NCBI GenBank assembly: GCA_048213135.1
Contig: PS015093.1
Span: 62,001-97,298, forward strand
DNA from: Reclinomonas americana ATCC 50394
Taxonomy: Eukaryota
DNA length: 35,298 nucleotides
Direction of reading: 5' to 3'
Shown: in pieces, positions 1 through 9,922 of the stretch
How the letters are laid out: every line of letters starts with the position of its first letter
How positions within the stretch are numbered: position 1 is the first letter of the stretch
Made by a program: the position numbers and the translations under genes
The notes under the pieces: generated by a model
The model's database searches: none
Seen by the model: only the letters and a program-made list of their open reading frames with translations
Told to the model about the DNA's origin: nothing

Positions 1-675
1 TTTGCGCCCAAGTTCCCGTGAGTGGCGGCGGGGGTGAGAGTGTGAGTGTGAATGAGATGCTTTTGTAAAACTGTGCTTTTTTCTTTTTCCTTTCTCATTC
101 TCGCAGCGCATCATCTTATTCTTTGGTGAAGCATCGCTGCGAAACTGGTTTGTATGTGCCTCTTCTGTCTCTCTGCACCAGGGTTAATAGACAGTGACGA
201 CTGCAGGTTCTCTGCCACGGGCTTGAGACAAGGACGGCGTTTTGCCCTTGCCGCACAATCTACGGTAGATTCACACTGCAGCTGCGGGGTACCTTTTTGT
301 GCGATCGCGAAAACGAATCTGCAGGCATTCGTCATGTTGTCTTGCCTCGGGTCGTGGCATACAACCGACGGCCCTCGCGTGTGCTGCATCATCTCCTCCT
401 GACCGGCAGTTCTTCTTTGCACTTGCATTCTCTTCTGAGTTCTTGTCATGGAGAAGCGCAAATGCATATGAGATGCCTTTTTCAACTTGTCACTCTCGCT
501 TTGCGCCTGGCTCCCCTTGACACTTCTTTTCCCCATGTCTCTCTCACTGTTCGTTCCTCTCGTAGGCACTGTAGACAGCGCCTGCACAAACCAACAGTTC
601 CGCTTTTATGCGAATCGAATCGCATCAATCGCCAGCCAGATTCACCTCATCGCATTCTTTCTTTCTCGTCGTTGA
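1..675 (+). CDS. Possible 3' part of a multi-exon gene of unknown function
   Basis: Intron-like segments (GTGAGT at 18 ... pyrimidine tract-CGCAG at 106; GTATGT...CTGCAG; GTAGAT...CTGCAG; ...CGTAG at 565) can be joined into an open frame ending TGA at 675. No recognisable motif, so frame and exon choice are uncertain. Confidence 0.3.
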
Positions 676-715
676 GCCAAGGTTGCCACCTTACAAACAA
701 ACAAAACAAATCATC

Positions 716-1021
716 ATGAACCCTGAGGACTTTGCCCCCCCTGTCGATGGTGCGTCCATTATGCTCATGCTTTGCTGCACGTCCGCCCAGTAGTGACTGA
801 CTTTGTCTCTTCTCCATGCAGCGTCGGCTGAGTTCAAGACTGGCTGGGAGAGTGGCCTGCACCCGCGCACAGGCGCATGGATGTTCCACATGCCCAGCGT
901 TGCGTCTTTTCTCTCCTCCTTTTCTCATGTTCTTTCTCTTCTCGCTCACCTCTGCTTCTATCATATACAGGAGCAATACGCTGAGGGCTTCTTCGCGGCC
1001 AAGAGCGCTGCGGGCTGGTAA
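716..1021 (+). CDS. 53-aa microprotein, 3 exons (716-749, 822-898, 971-1021): MNPEDFAPPVDASAEFKTGWESGLHPRTGAWMFHMPSEQYAEGFFAAKSAAGW
   Basis: A-rich leader ACAAACAAACAAAACAAATCATC before ATG; two 72-nt GT-AG introns with branch-like CTGAC/CTCAC and pyrimidine tracts; exons sum to 162 nt; C/G-ending codon bias. Confidence 0.7.
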
Positions 1022-1253
1022 TCGCTTGCCATGAAGTAGGCACCCTCCTCCGCCTCTCCCACGAGTGTGTTGGAGTGTACGTACGGGCTGCGTGCCTTTT
1101 GGTGCAAGTCACCGCCACCATCTATCTTTTTTCCGTGTTTTTTCGATTGTGTGCGTCCTTTCTATAATCCGCGTTGTGCGCGGGGATGCCACGTGATGAA
1201 GCCGCTGATTGTACTTCTGGGAATTGTGTAACATGCAAACAACTACAAGGGGG

Positions 1254-1789
1254 TTATCTGGCGGGAGGGAGGGGTGCCAGGTGCATGGATTCGAGGGCGC
1301 GCATGGCCTCCTCCATGCTGCACACAAAAGATGAGTAGGTGTGGCAATACCGCACAGAGCTACAAACAACGTACGTTGGTCTCTGGGTCGGGTCGTATTG
1401 CAGACAGTGGACCATGAGCTGAATGAAATCAGGCGGCAGCATGGTTCCGCTCTCCTTGTCGGCCAGTTGTCGCATGCGCTCGCGTGACACACTGAGTGCC
1501 AGGGTACCTGCGCGTCTGTTTGCGTAAGTGATCGAGAAGCGACGAGGTTACAAGACAAGCGAGGGACGCACCGACTGCCAGCTGATGCAACACTGACATG
1601 GGATTGAGATCGGTGAACGGGCGTTGCTGGTGGGCGAGTTCCCACAGGACCACGCCGAAACTCCACACATCGGCTGCGAGAAAGGGGGCAAGTGAGGCAG
1701 AGGGTCTCGCACCTGCTTCCGAATGCAGAATTCCCAGCCTCCTGGCGCTTCCAGTCCCGCTCCTTGCCTGTCTCTTTTCCAGTAACTGC

Positions 1790-1824
<35 letters not shown>

Positions 1825-4800
1825 NNNNNNNNNNNNNNNNNNNNNNNNNNNNNNNNNNNNNNNNNNNNNNNNNNNNNNNNNNNNNNNNNNNNNNNNNNNN
1901 NNNNNNNNNNNNNNNNNNNNNNNNNNNNNNNNNNNNNNNNNNTCCTCCCTCCTTCCTCCCTCCCTTCCCTCCCTTCCCTTCCTCCCTCTCTCCCTCTCTC
2001 CCTCCTTCCCTTCCCCCTCCCTCCCTCTCCCTCCCTACTCCTCCTTCCCCTTTATCCCCCTTTATCTCCCCCTTCCCCTCGACCACCCTCCCTTCCCCTT
2101 TATCTCCCCTTATCTCCCCCCTTCCCCTCCATGGCCACCACCCACCTGGGTATCCCCCGCCACCACCCCCCAGCACATCAGCAGGTTCGGATGCCTCAAC
2201 GACGCCATCAGCCGCACCTCTCCGGCAAACGAGCGCACCGCCTCATCTTCTTCAAAGGACGGCGCGTTGCCAAAGGCCCTGTGAATGGACATGTCAGCGT
2301 TCGCCTCAAGAGCAGAGAAGAGAAGAGAAGAGTCTGCAAACCACGGCGCTCGGAAGCTCTTGACGGCCACCTGCAGACCTCGCCACACGCCGAGGTACAC
2401 ATCGCCGAAAGAGCCGGCGCCGACTCGTCGCACAAACTGAATGTCGTCGGAGCGGATGATCTGGATGCGTGCGTCGCCCGGCCCGAAGCGCGAGTCGAGG
2501 TCCGGGTCGGGGGAGGTGATGTAGCGCACGAACAGCGAGTGGCCCTCGACGGGTCGCGGCGAGGCGCCGGCCTCGCTGTTGGTGCTGAGATACACGCGAC
2601 CGGAGGGCAGCAGTGGCTGCTTCTCCTCGTGCACGATCTGCTGCTGACTTTCCTCCACCATGAACAGGAAGGTGAGGAAGAAGCTGCTCGGGGGGATCAA
2701 ATGATGAGACGAGAGACTCGGGCGACAAGGAGGAGCGATGAACGCACAATGTGGTCAACATATCAGCCGACTGCGGTACGTGAAGAGGGGACGTGTGAGG
2801 TACAGCTGGGGAAGCTCAGCATGCATCAACTGCTCACCATGTAAACGCAGTCGAGGGCATTCTTGTGTCCAGTCTGCGAGGAGAGCACGGTGAGCCACGC
2901 GAACATCGTGGAGAGATAAAGAGAGGGAGAGACAGACAGACACAGACAAGAAGGAGAAAGAGAGACGGCGGGAGACAGAGAGAGAGAGAGAGAGCACGAG
3001 AGAGAGAGAGAGAGAGTAGTGAGCACGAGCAGTGCCTAGTTTGCCTTATTGCCGATNNNNNNNNNNNNNNNNNNNNNNNNNNNNNNNNNNNNNNNNNNNN
3101 NNNNNNNNNNNNNNNNNNNNNNNNNNNNNNNNNNNNNNNNNNNNNNNNNNNNNNNNNNNNNNNNNNNNNNNNNNNNNNNNNNNNNNNNNNNNNNNNNNNN
3201 NNNNNNNNNNNNNNNNNNNNNNNNNNNNNNNNNNNNNNNNNNNNNNNNNNNNNNNNNNNNNNNNNNNNNNNNNNNNNNNNNNNNNNNNNNNNNNNNNNNN
3301 NNNNNNNNNNNNNNNNNNNNNNNNNNNNNNNNNNNNNNNNNNNNNNNNNNNNNNNNNNNNNNNNNNNNNNNNNNNNNNNNNNNNNNNNNNNNNNNNNNNN
3401 NNNNNNNNNNNNNNNNNNNNNNNNNNNNNNNNNNNNNNNNNNNNNNNNNNNNNNNNNNNNNNNNNNNNNNNNNNNNNNNNNNNNNNNNNNNNNNNNNNNN
3501 NNNNNNNNNNNNNNNNNNNNNNNNNNNNNNNNNNNNNNNNNNNNNNNNNNNNNNNNNNNNNNNNNNNNNNNNNNNNNNNNNNNNNNNNNNNNNNNNNNNN
3601 NNNNNNNNNNNNNNNNNNNNNNNNNNNNNNNNNNNNNNNNNNNNNNNNNNNNNNNNNNNNNNNNNNNNNNNNNNNNNNNNNNNNNNNNNNNNNNNNNNNN
3701 NNNNNNNNNNNNNNNNNNNNNNNNNNNNNNNNNNNNNNNNNNNNNNNNNNNNNNNNNNNNNNNNNNNNNNNNNNNNNNNNNNNNNNNNNNNNNNNNNNNN
3801 NNNNNNNNNNNNNNNNNNNNNAGAGAGCACGAGAGAGAGAGAGAGAGAGTAGTGAGCACGAGCAGTGCCAGTTTGCCTTATTGCCGATGCCAAAATCGCT
3901 GGTAAAGAGCAGGCCAAACTTGCAAAACACCAGCGCGCTGCAGCAGAGCTCCCAGATGCCACTCTTCGTCAGCAGCGCATTGATGGCCGCCACTCCGCCA
4001 AGCGCGACACCAACTCCGTCCAACCCATAGAATATGATCGAGTACTGCGGTTCATCGGCCACAGTCTACACACAGTAGAGGTCGGTGGCCAGCGGCAACA
4101 AAGCACAACACGTGAACCGAACGAACGAACCAGCGCCAGTGTGCCCACCACCATCATGATGGTGCCGACAATTGAGTTAATGACCCACGGCCGGTGCAGC
4201 GACGAGATGCCGAGACAGCACAGACAGCTGACACGCGAGCGCGGTCGGTTGTGCGTGATCAGTGCCGCTCCAACGTACCCAAACAAAAAGTACTGCCACG
4301 ACACAATAAGCAAGAAGGAAACACGGCCTTCAGCTTTTTCTCCTCGAGTCTCACATCAGCAGCATCCAAGGCAGAGAAGGCCGGGTAACCATGGTCACTA
4401 ATGATCCTGTGCATCAAGTATAAGACACAGAGACACGCGCGCAGTAAGAGCAGAGAAAGAGTCAGAAAATCCGACCTTCCGAACGCCATCAACACGAGGA
4501 TCACGGCCGATAGAACAAGAAACGTCATGTGCTCTGTGAGCAGAGAGCAAGAGTGAGCATTACAGAAGAGAGCATGCACCTCACCACCTCACCAGTGCGC
4601 AGAGGTATCCTGCGTCCTTTGGTCACATGTCGTCGTTGCCACAATGCCTGCATGCGACCAGTCATCAGTCACAATGTGAAGCTCACACAATGTAAACTGC
4701 CGCACCAGAACGCCCATCAGCAACGTCTCCGCGAGCAACCCCGAGCCAGAGATGACGCCAGCCAAGGTATGCGAGAACGGAGATTTCTTTGTGACAACGT

Positions 4801-4912
4801 CGAGCATAAGAAGTTGCATTGTGAACACCACAGGAGGAGGAATGCAGAGGAGGCTCACCACTACAATAGTGAGCGCATTGACACACCACCCATCGTCTCC
4901 ACTGAGTGCCAT
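1254..4912 (-). CDS. Seven-transmembrane (GPCR-like) protein fused to a C-terminal TKL/MAP3K-like kinase; central kinase exons missing at the N-gap
   Basis: Exons 4912-4859, 4786-4706, 4647-4593, 4533-4476, 4406-4390, 4327-4131, 4065-3877, 2873-2838, 2770-2748 and 2683-2146 splice in frame. They give 7 hydrophobic segments followed by VGAGSFGDVYLGVWRGLQVAVK and EVRLMASLRHPNL. After the gap, exons from 1785 give ADVWSFGVVLWEL and CLQYDPTQRPT, with stop at 1254. The kinase call is near certain; the fusion relies on a GC donor at 3876. Confidence 0.75.
2874..3876 (-). other. Putative GC-AG intron (AAG|GCAAAC ... CTCAC ... CGCAG); true length probably about 170 nt because the N-gap looks spurious
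   Basis: This phase-0 GC donor keeps DFGIGNK in frame with TGHKNALDCVYM. The nearest GT (TC|GTGCTC) leads to a stop in the 23-nt micro-exon. Confidence 0.55.
2989..3888. repeat. About 67-nt direct duplication on both sides of an N-gap (2989-3056 vs 3822-3888); probable assembly overlap
   Basis: AGAGAGCACGAG(AG)nTAGTGAGCACGAGCAGTGCC(T)AGTTTGCCTTATTGCCGAT abuts both gap edges and differs by a 1-nt indel. Confidence 0.85.
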
Positions 4913-4975
4913 TGTGCGCAGTCTTCGTGGGTCCTGTGTGACACAGTCTTCTTTCCGTCATATTGTCAACAGTCC

Positions 4976-7356
4976 ATGCGCAGAGTGCTGCTTCTGTTAC
5001 TGCTTTTGGCAGTCACAGTACGCGCACAAGGTCCCTTGCCTCCACTGCACATCAACCTTCCATCACGCCACTCACTCTCCCATTTGCAGAGTTGCTCACA
5101 GATCAACATTTGCACACTCACACTGACTGGTCATCGTCGTCTTCTCCGCGTGTGCGCACTGGTGACTTGTGGTTGCTCCGCGAACGCATCCCCGACGCAT
5201 CTGGAGTGGAAGCATTCCTCTTTGATGCGGATGAGACGCACAAGTCATTCGCGCTCTCGTTGAATGGCTTTGACTGGTTGCAGGATGCTGGTACGAGTGT
5301 CTCTGCTGGTGATGCTGTTACATAACGCATGTTGAGAGCTTCTCTCGTGTGTCTACAGTGGCAGAGGCTGTGGAGAAAGAGAAGCTGGGCCTCGGAGCGT
5401 TGCATATGACGGTGTATGTCATGCGGAAGAAATTTGAAGATGAAGGCGTGATGCCTGAGTTGTCGTCGATGAAGGTGCGTGTGACGACTGAGATGCTTTG
5501 TTGCGCCGTGTTGCGTGACTGGGAGACAGACGGCTGCACCGGGAGTTCGCACTGCGGGCAAGCGACCGGTGGTGCCGAGGCGCACGGTGGGACTGTTTGT
5601 GGATGGTCGCGTGCATACGTTGTTGGTGGAGGCTGATGGCTCGGATGTGGAGGCTGCTGGTGCGTGCGCGCAAGGGTGATGATGTTTTTTTCGTGTGACT
5701 GATAGCCTCACGTTGTCGTCGGCCAGTGGCCAAGTTCGTGTCGACCAGGACGATTGAGAAGGAATTCGTGCCGGCAATGGTGCACGCTGTGCGTATGCAG
5801 CTGGAGGCACACGATCCGGAGGTACGTCACTCTTTCCACTGTCTTGTTGCGCTGTCTCACACGTTCGTACACCACAGCCGTCGCAGTTGCCGTACAGCAT
5901 GGCCCGCATGCAGTATCTCCGCAAGGGCTTTGTGGTGCCTCTCACCGAGCCCGCCATTGTCGAGGAGAATCCGGTGGTGGTCATGGTGGATGCGCTGCGT
6001 AACCACGTGGGCGTGCTTGGTGCGTTGTCGCCCTGCCTTCCCTCCCCTTCCCTCCCCTTTCCCTCCCCTTTCCCCCCTTTCCCTCCCCCTTCCCTCCCCC
6101 TTCCCTCCCCTTCCCTCCCCTTCCCTCATCCACTGCTTTGCCTGACACTTGATGGCAGCCGACGACCCGCGAAAGCCTTCGTACCGCTGCTCCTTTATTC
6201 AGCATCCGTTCCCCCAGAGGAAGAAATGTGCGCCGCTGATTGCCGCTGCACGCAAGTGGGTGGAGAACAATGTGGAGGTGCATCTCCACATCACTTCCCT
6301 CCTCGCCTCAGTTCACTCCTCTCATCGCCTGTGATGCAGCGTGTCGCCACACACTTCCTGCCCCCGCCGCCACCCACATCGGAACCGCCACCCCTGCCGC
6401 CACCGCCACCACGCAGTCCCTACTTTATCGGTTCCGACACCATGTCGGGCGCCGAACTTGCCGCGCTTTCCGCCGGCGTGCGCAGCGTCGGCCGTGTGCG
6501 CCCGTGGGAGTGCTCGTACCGCAACGGACTGAAGGAGAGCACCGGTCGCAACGAGCCGTCGGCTCCCGAAGACAACCTCGCCAGCTCCTTGTTTGTCAAG
6601 TCGCAGCCACGGCCCGTCGTTGGCCAGCTGGCCACGATCGTGCTCGGCGTGTTCTCCATGGACGACAAGGAGGCGCAGCGTGACGACTTGCGCGAGACGT
6701 GGATGCGATACCCCAATGTGTATCACCGCACGCGCAACCCCGAGGGCTCGGTGCAGGTGGTGTTCGTGTTGGGCCGGCCGCGCAACGCGGAGCTGGCCAG
6801 CCGGTTGCGTGCCGAGCAGGAGAAACACGGCGACCTGTTCTTCTTGGACATTCGGGAGAACGTGAACGCCGGCAAGATGCACGACTGGCTGTCGTCCGCC
6901 GCGGATCACTTCCGCGGCACGAACGTGCGCTACGTGGGCAAGTGCGACCACGATGCCTTTGTGCGCACCGTGCAGCTGGAGCGCGAGTTGTCCAAGCTGC
7001 CGCGTGAGCGGCTGTACTGGGGTGCCTCGCTCGTCGGCTATCGGGACGGCGTGGCGCTGGACTACATCATCTCCTTCACCAACCTGCTGTCGTGGGATCT
7101 GGTGGAGTGGCTGCGCCGTGCACCGCTGGGCAGTCTCGAGCACCTCGGCAACGACGACTGCGCCACGGGCTCATGGTTCGCCATGGAGAACTTGCCGGTG
7201 CACATGGTGGGCGACAGCCGCTTCCACGACTACCTCGGCAAGCTGCTGGCCATCATTCCCGAACCGCTCAGCGAGCAGACAATCGCCGTGCACCGCGTTG
7301 ACAGCCGCGACTTGCTGGATCTTCTCATGCGCCAGTACCCGTCAGAAGACGAATAA
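4976..7356 (+). CDS. GT31-family (beta-1,3-galactosyltransferase-like) glycosyltransferase, copy 1, 8 exons, signal peptide
   Basis: MRRVLLLLLLLAVTVRAQ signal peptide; 7 GT-AG introns; Pro-rich linker; GT31 motifs RDDLRETW, VVFVLG, LRAEQEKHGDLFFLDIREN, YVGKCDHDAFV (DxD), LYWG, NDDCATG. Confidence 0.85.
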
Positions 7357-7467
7357 TATGCGTCCTATGGTGGTGGAATACAGGTGCATGCATGACGATC
7401 CTCCGATATCGCTTACATGAACGTTCGCGTCCGTCCTCGCCCTTCGCCAACCGACTCGCTGGCATCC

Positions 7468-9863
7468 ATGCCACGCACGCAGTCAATGCCGCTTCTGCTG
7501 CTGCTACTGCTAATCACCGCAGTATGCGCACACGATGGTACGATGCACACGCACAGTGTTCGCGCGCTTTCTTACACACACTCTCTCTCTCACACACACA
7601 GCGACTCACACTCACGAGAATGATCACACACCACCGCGCCCACCATCGCCATCGTGGACACTGTCAACAGGGTCATCGTCATCGGCCAGACAACGTGTGG
7701 GCGACATGTGGTTGCTGCGTGAGAAGGGATCGCACATTCCGGGCTTCACTCTCACTGTGTACGATGCGGACGAGAAGTTCAAGACCATTCCCATTCCCTA
7801 CGCTGGCTTTGTGTGGTTCGAGGACGCAGGTGAGGGAGTGAGTGAGAGTGAGAGAGTGAGAAGATCGCGCGAAAAGCCAGCTTACCATTCCTCCGAATGG
7901 CATGCAGTGGTGGATGCGATCACCAAGGCAAATGCAGGCTTCAATGCTGCTCATGCGGGACTGATGGTGTGTCGGCAGCTCACTGCGCGAGACGGCGTGT
8001 GGCCGGAGCCTGCGCAGCTCAATGTTGCGCGTACACGTGCTTGTTTTCGTCCGCTGAGTTGTCTGTTGACTTTTGTTGTGCAGGCGGTGGCACCGGGAGT
8101 TCGCACCTCGGGGAAGCGTCCGGCTGTACCGCGGAGGAGAGTGGGTCTCTTTGTGGACGGCCGTGTGCGCATCTTGTCGGTGCGAGTGGACGGTCGGGAT
8201 GTGAACGAAGTCGGTATGTATGTCTCCTGTTGTTTTCCTCTCTTGTCTCTTCCGCTCACTCGTGTTGTCGGCAGTGTCGTCGTTTGCGTCGGCGAATGCG
8301 ATCGAGTCGGTGTTTGTGCCTGCCATGGCACTCGCAGTGCATCGTCAGCTGCAGACAAACGCCGAAGAGGTTCTGTTGCACGGCATCGGTTTTCTCAAGC
8401 GTGAGAATTCATCTCACATCGCTGCGCGTGTTGCAGCCCCTGGATGTGCCTATCGGCATGTCCCGCCTCCAGCACCTCCGCAAGGGCTTCGTGGTGCCTC
8501 TCACCGAGCCCGAGGAGGCCGTTCAGCACCCAGTGGTGGTGATGGTCGGCGCCTTTCACCACGATGTGAACACTCTTGGTGCGTCCACTTGTCTCCTGTT
8601 TGTCACTCCTCTCCCTCACACTCCGTCGTGTGTTTGTTTGCAGCCGACGACCCACTGCAGCCGTCGTTTCGTTGCACGTTCATCCGACACCCTTTTCAGG
8701 AGAGGAGCAGATGCGCACCTCTCATCGCTGCAGCGCGCTCGTGGATCGCGGCGAATGCAGAGGTTCGCACTCATATCCTCCCTCTTTATCCCTCTCACCC
8801 TCTCGTGCCTCACCCGCCCATGACACTGCAGCGGGTCGCCATTCACTTTCTGCCTCCACCACCACCCACCCTGGAGCCGCCACCATTACCGCCACCGCCA
8901 CCACGCAGTCCTTACTTTGTCGGCTCGGACACCATGACTGGCGCCCAGCTGCTGGCACTTGCCACCAGCGGCCACCCGAACGTGGGTCGCATACGACCGT
9001 GGCGGTGCTCGTTCCAGACCTTTGATGGCTTCACGGGGCACGCTGAGCGAACCCGCTACACCGTGTCGGATCCCGAAGACAACGTCTTCAGCTCCATGTT
9101 TGTCAAGTCGCAGCCACGACCCGTGGTTGGGCGGATGGCCACCATTGTGTTGGGGGTGTTCTCCATGGATGAACGGGAGGCGCAGCGTGACGACGTGCGC
9201 CAGACGTGGATGCGATACCCCAACGTGTATCACCGCACGCGCAACCCGAGTGGCTCCGTACAAGTGGTATTCGTGCTGGGCCGACCGCGCAACGCGACTG
9301 TGGCTCGACGGTTACGTGCGGAGCAGGAGAGACACGGCGATCTGTTCTTTGTGGACATTCTCGAAAACCTCAACTCTGGCAAGATGCACGACTTTCTCGT
9401 GGCGGCAGCGGATCACTTCCGCGGAGCAAATGTGCGCTACGTGGGCAAAGTTGACCATGATGCCTTTGTGCGCACCGTGCAGCTGGAGCGTGAGCTGTCC
9501 AAGCTGCCACGCGAAAGACTCTACTGGGGGCCAGGACTGGTGGCGTACCGTGACGGAGTGGCTCTGGACTACACAGTGAGCTTCATCAACCTGCTGTCGT
9601 GGGATCTGGTGGAGTGGGTGCGACAGGCACCGTTGGGCAGCCTGGAGCACTTGGGACTCGACGACTGCACACTGGGTTCGTGGTTTGCTACGGAAAATGT
9701 TCCGGTGCACTTTGTGGGCGACAGCCGCTTCCACGATCTGTTCGGCGCCGCCGACGCCATCATCTCGGAGCGACTGACAGAGGAGAGCATCGCGGTGCAC
9801 CGCGTGCACACTGGTGACATGCTGCGGCTGTTCATGCGCCAGTTTCCACCCGACGACGAGTAA
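7468..9863 (+). CDS. GT31-family glycosyltransferase, copy 2, 8 exons, signal peptide
   Basis: MPRTQSMPLLLLLLLITAVCA signal (alternative ATG at 7486); the same 7 intron positions as copy 1; motifs RDDVRQTW, YVGKVDHDAFV, LDDCTLG. Confidence 0.85.
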
Positions 9864-9922
9864 AATCCATTTTGAGTGAGAGAGCGATTTGGTTGAAAAA
9901 AACGAAGAAGACGGACATGCAT

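Noticed and set aside
3057-3821. 765-N gap flanked by direct repeats, resembling an insertion with target-site duplication
   Set aside because: The repeats abut the gap edges exactly and contain a microsatellite, typical of unmerged contig overlap.
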